The notes below the pieces were generated by a model. It saw only the letters and a list, made by a program, of their open reading frames with translations, made no database searches and had not been told where the DNA came from. The position numbers were made by a program, and so were the translations under genes. Positions 8,985 through 16,155 of a DNA stretch of 33,107 nucleotides are shown here, piece after piece. Source of the stretch: Candidatus Woesearchaeota archaeon (GTDB taxonomy: Archaea; Nanobdellota; Nanobdellia; Woesearchaeales; GW2011-AR4); assembly GCA_016192955.1 (NCBI GenBank), contig JACPTD010000037.1:1-33107 (forward strand). Reading direction: 5' to 3'. The first letter of the stretch is position 1, and every line of letters begins with the position of its first letter.

Positions 8985-8985
8985 A

Positions 8986-10191
8986 ATGCTAACGGAAAAA
9001 TACACAAGAGAGATAATTGAAAAGGTGGAGAATTCTTACGAGATTGCAAACAAGGCAAGGTCAAAGGGATACGACCCTGAAGAAACAGTCAATATCCCGC
9101 TTGCTAAAAACATGGCAGAGCGCGTCGAAGGATTAGTGAGCGTGGCAGCACCGCAAATCATAAACAAAGGCATACCTAACAGGATCAAAGAGCTCGAAAA
9201 TGCCTATGGCAAGTTAGACTGGAGGGTCGCGCTTACAATTTCACTGGAAACCACACAGCAGAAATTCTGCACTTTTGAAACGCAAAAAGAAGCCATAGAA
9301 ACGGGCATAAGGGTAGGATTGGCTTACCTGACGCTCGGCATTGTGGCGTCTCCATTAGAGGGTTTTGTCGGACTGAAGCTTAAAAAAAGAAATGATGGGA
9401 AAGAGTACTTCTCTCTCATGTATTCCGGGCCCATAAGGAGCGCTGGCGGAACTGCCGGGGCTGTAAGTGTCATCATAGCCGATTACATAAGGAAGAGCAC
9501 AGGCTATTATACATACGATCCGTCTGAAAAAGAGATAAGAAGAATGGTTACTGAGCTTTATGATTACCACGAACGGATAACTAACTTGCAGTATCTTCCA
9601 AATGAAAAAGAAATAAGGTTTCTTGTGGCCAATTTGCCGGTCCAGATTGATGGAGACGCATCAGAGGAAATAGAAGTGTCTAACTACAAGGACATTGAAA
9701 GGATAGAAACAAATAAGATAAGGAGCGGGCCATGCCTTGTTATAGGTGAATGCATTGCGCAGAAATCAGCAAAAATATGGCCTCAGATTAAAAAGTGGGG
9801 AAATGATTTTGGGCTTGGGCACTGGAACTTTTTGCAGGAATTTGTGCAATTGCAAAAAGAAACAAAAGCAAAAGACAAATTCAAAATAGTAGGTCCGAGA
9901 AAAGCAGGATATCTAGGATCTTTAGAAAGAGGAGCTTATAATCGAACAACATCAGAGAGCACAAGTGCAATGAACTGTTTTGACACACCCACTAGCTGTT
10001 GGAGGATTCAGGCTAAGGTATGGGAGATGCAGGACATCTGGTTATTCAGCATCTGCAATACACCCTGCAACAATGATAATCTTAAACAAATACATCGCTA
10101 TAGGCACTCAGTTAAAAGTCGAAAGGCCAGGCAAAGCAACAGCAATCACAATTTGCGATTCTATAGAAGGTCCAATAGTAAAACTAAATGA
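8986..10191 (+). CDS. polC: DNA polymerase II (PolD) large subunit DP2, N-terminal fragment (frame 1); recognisable homology ends near 9975
   Basis: The ATG at 8986 lies 1 nt after the DP1 stop (the track's start at 8974 is a TTG). The sequence is DP2 N-terminal-like up to ~KIVGPRKAGYLGSL. The tail from ~9980 to 10191 is out-of-frame reading of the next fragment. Confidence 0.8.
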   Translation: MLTEKYTREIIEKVENSYEIANKARSKGYDPEETVNIPLAKNMAERVEGLVSVAAPQIINKGIPNRIKELENAYGKLDWRVALTISLETTQQKFCTFETQKEAIETGIRVGLAYLTLGIVASPLEGFVGLKLKKRNDGKEYFSLMYSGPIRSAGGTAGAVSVIIADYIRKSTGYYTYDPSEKEIRRMVTELYDYHERITNLQYLPNEKEIRFLVANLPVQIDGDASEEIEVSNYKDIERIETNKIRSGPCLVIGECIAQKSAKIWPQIKKWGNDFGLGHWNFLQEFVQLQKETKAKDKFKIVGPRKAGYLGSLERGAYNRTTSESTSAMNCFDTPTSCWRIQAKVWEMQDIWLFSICNTPCNNDNLKQIHRYRHSVKSRKARQSNSNHNLRFYRRSNSKTK

Positions 10192-12523
10192 CAGCAGTGT
10201 ACTAAAGGTTGACAGCGAGCAAAAAGCAAAAGAAGTCTCAAGCTCCATCAAAGAAATCTTATTTTTAGGAGATATACTGATAAGCTATGGGGATTTTTTC
10301 AACAGAGCGCACACACTTGCTCCAGCCGGATATTGCGAGGAGTGGTGGCTGCTTGAGATCGAAAAAGCTGCGATAAAGTTATTTGGATCGCTTGATTACC
10401 TCAAGCTTTCAGAGCTGACAGGCACAGAGCAAAAACTACTGGAAAACATCTTTAAAGACGGCTTTTTTGAGAAGCCAGATGCAAGAACAGCCATAGCATT
10501 GAGCAAATGCCTTGGAGTTCCACTGCATCCTTACTACACTTATCACTGGAAAACAATATCAAAAGATGAATTTTTTGAACTGCTTAAGTGGCTAAGAGAT
10601 GCCGGCATAGAGTCAGATGGCGCAAGCATTAGCAAGATCATACTCCAAAAGAATGAAGCTGCAAAAAGAGCGCTTGAGCTGATTGGAGCTCCTCACCTTT
10701 TTGTCAATAATGAGTTCACAATAATAGAAAAGCAGGATGCAGAGATAATATGCTCATTATTCAAGCCCGATACAGACTTCTATGAGCAATGCAAAAATTC
10801 TGAAATCGAGGATGTGTTGGAGCTGATAAACTCAATTTCCGGAATAAATCTCAGAGACAAATCAGGGATATTCATCGGTGCGAGGATGGGCAGGCCTGAA
10901 AAGGCGAAGATAAGAAAGCTGGAAGGAGACCCTCATACAATATTTCCTGTTGGAAAGGAAGGGGGCAAGCTCAGGTCGTTCCAAAGCGCCTTTGAAACAG
11001 GAAGCATAGAAGCAGAGTTTCCAACATTTTTCTGCGGCAAGTGCAAAAAAGAGACAATTTTAAGCGTCTGCGAGCAATGTAGCACAAAAACAACAAGAAC
11101 AGGAAACTGCAGCGTATGCGGAATTGTTGAAGATGGGAAATGCAGGCACGGCGCATTTTCCACCTATAAGAATCAGCGCATAGACATTAATTACTATTTC
11201 AGGAGCATACTCCACAAGCTTGATATGCATCAATACCCTGATTTAATCAAGGGAGTAAGGGGAACATCAAATAAAAGCCATATTGTCGAGCATTTTGCAA
11301 AAGGAATCCTGAGGGCCAAGCACGACATATCCGTTAACAGGGACGGCACAACAAGGTATGATATGACACAGCTTCCTATAACCCATTTCAAGCCAAAAGA
11401 AATAGGCACATCAGTGGAAGAGTTAAGAAAACTCGGCTACGACAGCGACATTCATGGCAAAGAATTGACAGACCCGGAGCAAGTCTTGGAATTAAAATCA
11501 CAAGACATCATACTCCCAAAATGTGAAGATGCGCCTGAAGAAGGGGCAGATAAGATACTCTATAATGTAAGCTTGTTTGTTGACGAGCTTCTTGTTTCAT
11601 TATACAGCCTAAAGAAATTTTATAACCTGAAATCCGGAAGAGAGCTGGTCGGGCATTTGGTGGTGGCTTTGGCGCCGCACACGTCAGCAGGCATTGTCGG
11701 CAGGATAATAGGATTTTCCAAAACCCAGGCATTTTATGCCCATCCATTGTTTCACGCAGCTACAAGGCGGGATTGTGACGGCGATGAGGCTTCAGTCACA
11801 CTGCTAATGGACGTGTTGCTGAACTTTTCCAGGCAATTTCTTCCTAATTCAAGGGGAGCAACCCAGGATGCTCCTTTGGTGTTGACATCCAAACTTGTCC
11901 CTACGGAAGTTGATGACATGGTTTTTGATTTGGACGTTGCAAGTAATTACCCGATTGAGTTTTATGAGGCAACGCAGGAATTTGAGCTGCCTTGGAATGT
12001 CAAAATCACAAGGTTTGCAAATATATTAACCTCTGGAGGTGAGTATTCGCCAATCAATTACACTCATCCGGTCAGCAACATAAACTCAGGAGTCAAATGC
12101 TCCTCCTACAAGACAATACCCTCCATGGAGGACAAATTAAAGGGGCAGATGGAGCTTGCCGACAAGATAAGGGCAGTTGATGCAGCAGATGTCGCAAGGC
12201 TTGTCATAGAAAAGCACCTTTTAAGGGACATAAAAGGCAACTTAAGAAGATTTTCAACCCAGGAATTCAGGTGCAGCAGATGCACTGAAAAGTACAGAAG
12301 GCCGCCTTTGGCAGGCAAGTGCCTCGCTTGCGGCAGCAGGCTTATTTTCACGGTCACAGAAGGCTCGATAATAAAGTATCTAGAGCCGGCAATATCGCTT
12401 TCAGAAAAATACAACCTTCCGCCTTATCTCAGGCAGGTATTGGCACTGACAAAAGACAGGGTTGAAGGAGTCTTTGGAAAAGATAAGGATAAGCAGGAAG
12501 GGTTAGGTAGGTGGTTTGGGTAA
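9980..12523 (+). CDS. polC: DNA polymerase II (PolD) large subunit DP2, catalytic C-terminal fragment (frame 2)
   Basis: It begins THPLAVGGFRLRYGRCRTSGYSASAIHPATM..GTQLKVERPGKA, the conserved DP2 core. It also has Zn clusters CGKCKKE..CEQC and CSVCG, and a C-terminal CSRCTEKYRRPPLAGKCLACG. There is no independent ATG or SD, so it continues the upstream fragment through a +1 shift. Confidence 0.9.
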   Translation: MTHPLAVGGFRLRYGRCRTSGYSASAIHPATMIILNKYIAIGTQLKVERPGKATAITICDSIEGPIVKLNDSSVLKVDSEQKAKEVSSSIKEILFLGDILISYGDFFNRAHTLAPAGYCEEWWLLEIEKAAIKLFGSLDYLKLSELTGTEQKLLENIFKDGFFEKPDARTAIALSKCLGVPLHPYYTYHWKTISKDEFFELLKWLRDAGIESDGASISKIILQKNEAAKRALELIGAPHLFVNNEFTIIEKQDAEIICSLFKPDTDFYEQCKNSEIEDVLELINSISGINLRDKSGIFIGARMGRPEKAKIRKLEGDPHTIFPVGKEGGKLRSFQSAFETGSIEAEFPTFFCGKCKKETILSVCEQCSTKTTRTGNCSVCGIVEDGKCRHGAFSTYKNQRIDINYYFRSILHKLDMHQYPDLIKGVRGTSNKSHIVEHFAKGILRAKHDISVNRDGTTRYDMTQLPITHFKPKEIGTSVEELRKLGYDSDIHGKELTDPEQVLELKSQDIILPKCEDAPEEGADKILYNVSLFVDELLVSLYSLKKFYNLKSGRELVGHLVVALAPHTSAGIVGRIIGFSKTQAFYAHPLFHAATRRDCDGDEASVTLLMDVLLNFSRQFLPNSRGATQDAPLVLTSKLVPTEVDDMVFDLDVASNYPIEFYEATQEFELPWNVKITRFANILTSGGEYSPINYTHPVSNINSGVKCSSYKTIPSMEDKLKGQMELADKIRAVDAADVARLVIEKHLLRDIKGNLRRFSTQEFRCSRCTEKYRRPPLAGKCLACGSRLIFTVTEGSIIKYLEPAISLSEKYNLPPYLRQVLALTKDRVEGVFGKDKDKQEGLGRWFG

Positions 12524-12529
12524 TTTTTT
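12524..12529 (+). terminator. T6 tract immediately after the polC stop (archaeal oligo-T terminator candidate)
   Basis: The sequence reads taa|tttttt g. Confidence 0.3.
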
Positions 12530-12600
12530 GTAATTAACCTATACGACATCTTTAGTTTTTCTGTCAGTTACGAAGTTCTGGAAAATTTTGTTCCGAAAAG

Positions 12601-12662
12601 TAAAAAATCGGCGTATAAATGACGGAGTCCCATATCAGTAACAAATTTAAGGGGTTTCGGGC
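12601..12662 (+). repeat. Left terminal inverted repeat (62 bp)
   Basis: Sequence: taaaaaatcggcgtataaatgacggagtcccatatcagtaacaaatttaaggggtttcgggc. Confidence 0.95.
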
Positions 12663-12702
12663 GATATATTTTTAAAGTTTGATGTAGTTCCATTAATTGA
12701 AG

Positions 12703-13311
12703 ATGCAACTGCAAGAAACAATTCAAATTCCAGAAAGAGTGGAACAGGCAATTGGATACGAAGCTTGGACAGCTTTAAGTTGGGCATTACACAATCAATG
12801 GGTTCAGGATTATAAGTGGTTATTTTCTGAAATGACTAAAAGTGATGTCGGTACACCTCGTACTGTTCAAACTATGCTTCATCTTAGTGATTTAATGAGA
12901 GCAACAGGCCAATTTTATACTTTTAGTGAGGAAGCAGATAGACCTAAAAATCAAAAAATAGGAACCCGTGGTTTACTAATGTTCACTCACAGAGTCAAAC
13001 CACATCAAGCTCAGGAATTCTACAAACTTATGGTTGAAGGATACTTATTAGGAACAGATTTTGTAAGTCCTTTATGGGTTATGAAACCAAATGGAAGAGG
13101 GAAATTACAGGATTTAGAACAGACGGGACTTGTTCAAGATGCTCATGGTTTGAATCAATTGGAAGGAGAATTAAGACGATATTGGGCAAGAAAGAACGGA
13201 ATAATTCAACCGCAAGACGCTGTTTTGACTAGAAGAGTAATTGATGATTTTGTGCAAACTTATAAGTTAAATGGACTTTCTGATAGATTGGCAGAGAAAT
13301 TAAACTTGTGA
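12703..13311 (+). CDS. Hypothetical 202-aa Trp-rich protein encoded inside the TIR cassette
   Basis: The track ORF starts at TTG 12697; the first ATG is at 12703. A TATA-like atatatttttaaag lies at 12664-12677. The stop codon is 3 nt before the right repeat. I see no DDE, HUH, Ser/Tyr-recombinase or LAGLIDADG motif. Confidence 0.6.
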   Translation: MQLQETIQIPERVEQAIGYEAWTALSWALHNQWVQDYKWLFSEMTKSDVGTPRTVQTMLHLSDLMRATGQFYTFSEEADRPKNQKIGTRGLLMFTHRVKPHQAQEFYKLMVEGYLLGTDFVSPLWVMKPNGRGKLQDLEQTGLVQDAHGLNQLEGELRRYWARKNGIIQPQDAVLTRRVIDDFVQTYKLNGLSDRLAEKLNL

Positions 13312-13314
13312 TTA

Positions 13315-13376
13315 GCCCGAAACCCCTTAAATTTGTTACTGATATGGGACTCCGTCATTTATACGCCGATTTTTTA
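13315..13376 (-). repeat. Right terminal inverted repeat (62 bp)
   Basis: Exact reverse complement of 12601-12662. Confidence 0.95.
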
Positions 13377-13433
13377 TTGAATATAATCATTGTCAAACAG
13401 GTTAAACGGAAACCCAAGAAAAGAATCAAATCT

Positions 13434-13844
13434 TTATATCTTCGCCTTGACTATGTTCTTTGCGCCGCAGGCTGTGCACTTCATGTAGCTTAAGTCATCA
13501 TCTTTCTCTATCTTTGTGTCTGGCTTGCCGCATTCAAAGCAGAGCACAAACTCGTTTGCGTACTGCCTTACTTTCTCATTTATCCTGGAAGCGGGGACTT
13601 TTGTGCCGAGTATCAAGGCGCCGCTTTTCTTTATCTCGCCTGGAGTGGCAAGCTCCTTCAAGACATATTTGAGCAAATGATCAGAATCCCTTCTTAACAT
13701 TGAGGCTATCTGGAGAAAGTTTGTTATTATCGTCCTGTTGCCCTGTATATGGCCCAGAACTTTAGGTATCTCAAACCTTTCCTTGAGGAAAACAGCCTCT
13801 GGAAGGCTCTTCCTGACATCTTCAAGCATTTTCTTGTATTCCAC
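13434..13844 (-). CDS. eif2b: Translation initiation factor aIF-2 beta subunit
   Basis: eIF2-beta/eIF5-type fold with the C-terminal zinc ribbon CFECGKPDT...CTACGA. It has a GTG start; the alternative ATG is 5 codons in. Confidence 0.85.
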   Translation of the reverse strand: MEYKKMLEDVRKSLPEAVFLKERFEIPKVLGHIQGNRTIITNFLQIASMLRRDSDHLLKYVLKELATPGEIKKSGALILGTKVPASRINEKVRQYANEFVLCFECGKPDTKIEKDDDLSYMKCTACGAKNIVKAKI

Positions 13845-13931
13845 TCAGATAAAGAACCACGCTTAATTTATAAATTTAATCATGGCATTTGATTCAAAAA
13901 ATATATAAATAAAACACATAAGTAAAAAGGG

Positions 13932-14768
13932 ATGGTAGTTGAGTCATTGCTAAACCCGTTCAAAGCCGAAAAAAACCCATGGGAAATGTTCTTTCTTGGT
14001 TTTTTGTACACGCTAATCGGGATATCATTGTCGCTCTGGATATTCAGGAGCGAGGCGAGTCTGGTGATGGTGTTCATGATAACAATAGCAGCCCTGCCTT
14101 TATTCTACAACACAACAAAGCTTGAGGAAAGCAAGGATATGATAATGGACAAAGAAACAGCCATTTTAAGGGAGCACAACAAGGCAATATCCTTTTTAAT
14201 GTACATGTTCATAGGAATCACTGTTGCGTGCGCCTTAAGCTACGCCTTGCTCCCAACACCTATAATAAACAGCCTTTTTGACAAGCAGACAAGCACCATA
14301 CAGACAATCAACAACCAGGTTTCAGGCAATGTAGTCCATAATTTAAGCATATTCGGAAAAATATTCTTCAATACATTTTCAATACTTTTTTCCTTTATTT
14401 ACGGAGCTGGCGCAATCTTTATTTTGGCGTGGAACGCCACAGTCATAGGGGCAGCAATCGGGAATTTTATAAGATCAAACATAAGCAGCTACACAAGCTC
14501 TCTTGGCATGCTCGGGGCAGGGAACTATTTTCATGTGTTTTCCATCGGGCTTTTAAAATACTCTGTTCACGGAATACCTGAAATAGCGGCTTATTTCTAC
14601 GGCGGACTGGCAGGAGGCATACTGTCAGTGGCACTGATAAGAAAGCACTTCAAGTCTGATAAATTCTCGAGGGTGATGGTTGACTTTTCAGAAATGGTTT
14701 TGATAGCAGCAGGATTCCTCATTGCAGCGGCTTTCCTAGAGGTTTATGTCACTCCTATTTTATTCTAA
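13932..14768 (+). CDS. SpoIIM-like (DUF95) integral membrane protein
   Basis: Multi-pass membrane protein with the family-typical segment LKYSVHGIPEIAAYFYGGLAGG. Confidence 0.55.
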   Translation: MVVESLLNPFKAEKNPWEMFFLGFLYTLIGISLSLWIFRSEASLVMVFMITIAALPLFYNTTKLEESKDMIMDKETAILREHNKAISFLMYMFIGITVACALSYALLPTPIINSLFDKQTSTIQTINNQVSGNVVHNLSIFGKIFFNTFSILFSFIYGAGAIFILAWNATVIGAAIGNFIRSNISSYTSSLGMLGAGNYFHVFSIGLLKYSVHGIPEIAAYFYGGLAGGILSVALIRKHFKSDKFSRVMVDFSEMVLIAAGFLIAAAFLEVYVTPILF

Positions 14769-15389
14769 AACCTTCAGCTTGCCGGGCATTACCTCAAATA
14801 TATCGCCGTTTTCCAGAAGCCTGTTGATTACAGCCTCAGCTTTGCTGTTATCTGCTTTTTTTATCAGATCCTCAACAGAGACCCCTTCGCCAGCATCGAG
14901 TTTTTTGATCAATGAATAGATTTCATCGGCAGTTCCAGTGCTGGTATCCTCAACAATTTTATCGGAATTTTTCACCTCAATTCCAATTCCCCTACTTCCA
15001 AGCTCCAGTTTCCTCACATTCATCCATTCAAAATTGTTTATTTTTTTTAGAATCTCTGGAATCAGATATTTCTCATCATTAAAGTCCCTGATTTTGCCAA
15101 CAACCAGAACAGCGTCACCAACTTCTATACTTGAAAAGATATTGATGTTTTCGAAACTCCTCAATTGCATCCTTCCAGTCCCGTCATCTATGACAGCGCT
15201 GCTAAAGCCAGAGCTTTCAGGCTTATACACGACTGTCGCAATAATGTTGACTCTGGAGACGTTTATACCATTCAATTTAATGTAACCTGCTAAAATATCA
15301 TCCCTCACAAAGCTTCCGCTTAATATGTCAGAAATCCTGACTTTATACGCTGTCAGCCTCTGGAATTTTTTCTGTTCTAGCTCTGGCAT
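14760..15389 (-). CDS. RPA32/Stn1-like OB-fold single-stranded-DNA-binding protein with a C-terminal winged helix
   Basis: OB-fold core VNIIATVVYKPE..AVIDDGTGRMQLRSF...VGDAVLVVGKIRDFNDEKYLIPE, then NNFEWMNV (compare NEFTTHILE of eukaryotic RPA32), then a short acidic helical C-terminal domain. Confidence 0.6.
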   Translation of the reverse strand: MPELEQKKFQRLTAYKVRISDILSGSFVRDDILAGYIKLNGINVSRVNIIATVVYKPESSGFSSAVIDDGTGRMQLRSFENINIFSSIEVGDAVLVVGKIRDFNDEKYLIPEILKKINNFEWMNVRKLELGSRGIGIEVKNSDKIVEDTSTGTADEIYSLIKKLDAGEGVSVEDLIKKADNSKAEAVINRLLENGDIFEVMPGKLKVLE

Positions 15390-15547
15390 TTTACGCTAAT
15401 AAAATTTAATCTTTTTAACTCAAATTCCTCTATCACAAATGAGGTAGATATTACCAACTTTATGTCCAAGTCCTACAAATTCATTAAATATTTCTTCTTC
15501 CATTGCATTATTATCTCTAATTTTTAGAGAGTTTATTATTATAGCCC

Positions 15548-16138
15548 TTATGGGATATTCATTATTTTTGTGATTTTCTCTACATCAATCTCTTTTTTTG
15601 GGAGATTTTTATAATCTTTACTTTCTTTAATTTCATCAAAGATTACTTCTTCCCTTATTTTTTGAGCTTCTCTAGACTCTTTTGCTGATACGGTTCTTAA
15701 TTTAATCGGATTAACTATCTCAAAATCGTCTACAATGACTACTTGATATTCTGCTACATAATTTTCAATCCCCTTGCGGACTACAAGAATTTTCTTGAAT
15801 TTTTTAAATTGGATACAGGTATTATGGGTGTTGTGGATATTATATTTTGTTGCTAAATTAGTTGGTATTAAACAATTAATCACTAAATTTGTTTTTCTTA
15901 ATGGAAGATCAAAGAGTAAAAATAGAGAGTACCCTGAATTAATAGATTCTATAATCTCTTTTGTATGTGCTCGAGTATGTGGATTTAAGAAACCAACCAC
16001 CTCCAACTCGTATAAACTACCATATAAATCCTTTTTAGACTCTGCTATATCAACAAGTCTTTTAAAATTATTTTTTTGAACACTTTCGAAACTAGCCAAA
16101 GGTCTTTTTAAATACTCAGAAAATTCTTTTAATTCCAT
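15548..16138 (-). CDS. Hypothetical protein (low-GC orphan lying between mcm and the RPA32-like gene)
   Basis: 196-aa ORF with an ATG start 17 nt downstream of the mcm stop on the same strand. No recognisable motif. Clearly more AT-rich than its neighbours. Confidence 0.45.
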   Translation of the reverse strand: MELKEFSEYLKRPLASFESVQKNNFKRLVDIAESKKDLYGSLYELEVVGFLNPHTRAHTKEIIESINSGYSLFLLFDLPLRKTNLVINCLIPTNLATKYNIHNTHNTCIQFKKFKKILVVRKGIENYVAEYQVVIVDDFEIVNPIKLRTVSAKESREAQKIREEVIFDEIKESKDYKNLPKKEIDVEKITKIMNIP

Positions 16139-16155
16139 GATCTTAAAATACTAAC

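Larger units (their letters stand above)
12601..13376. mobile_element. 776-bp cassette bounded by perfect 62-bp terminal inverted repeats and carrying one ORF; candidate novel transposable or invertible element
   Basis: 12601-12662 is the exact reverse complement of 13315-13376 (checked base by base, 62/62). The interior holds a TATA-like tract and a single ORF. Confidence 0.6.

Noticed and set aside
8974-8985. Upstream TTG starts proposed by the track for polC (8974). The same applies to mcm (19809), the acyltransferase-like gene (23504) and the Cys-rich protein (GTG 25620).
   Set aside because: In each case an in-frame ATG a few codons downstream has better context. For polC the ATG lies 1 nt after the previous stop. 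For mcm and the Cys-rich protein it is preceded by an SD-like purine tract. For the acyltransferase-like gene it gives a cleaner N-terminus. The ATG coordinates are used in the feature table.
9971-9973. In-frame TGA ahead of the DP2 catalytic fragment, considered as a possible recoding (Sec or reassigned stop) site.
   Set aside because: Frame 2 upstream of this TGA also contains two TAG stops within 45 nt, and no DP2-like sequence beyond ELII. Read-through of one codon cannot join the fragments, so a frameshift is required.
13308-13493. 61-aa plus-strand ORF running through the right inverted repeat into the 3' end of eif2b.
   Set aside because: It starts inside the cassette ORF's stop region, consists largely of repeat sequence plus antisense eif2b, and has no coding signal.
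15420-15503. 27-codon minus-strand mini-ORF (MEEEIFNEFVGLGHKVGNIYLICDRGI) in the gap between the orphan gene and the RPA32-like gene.
   Set aside because: It is too short, has no ribosome-binding or promoter context that I can see, and has no recognisable motif.
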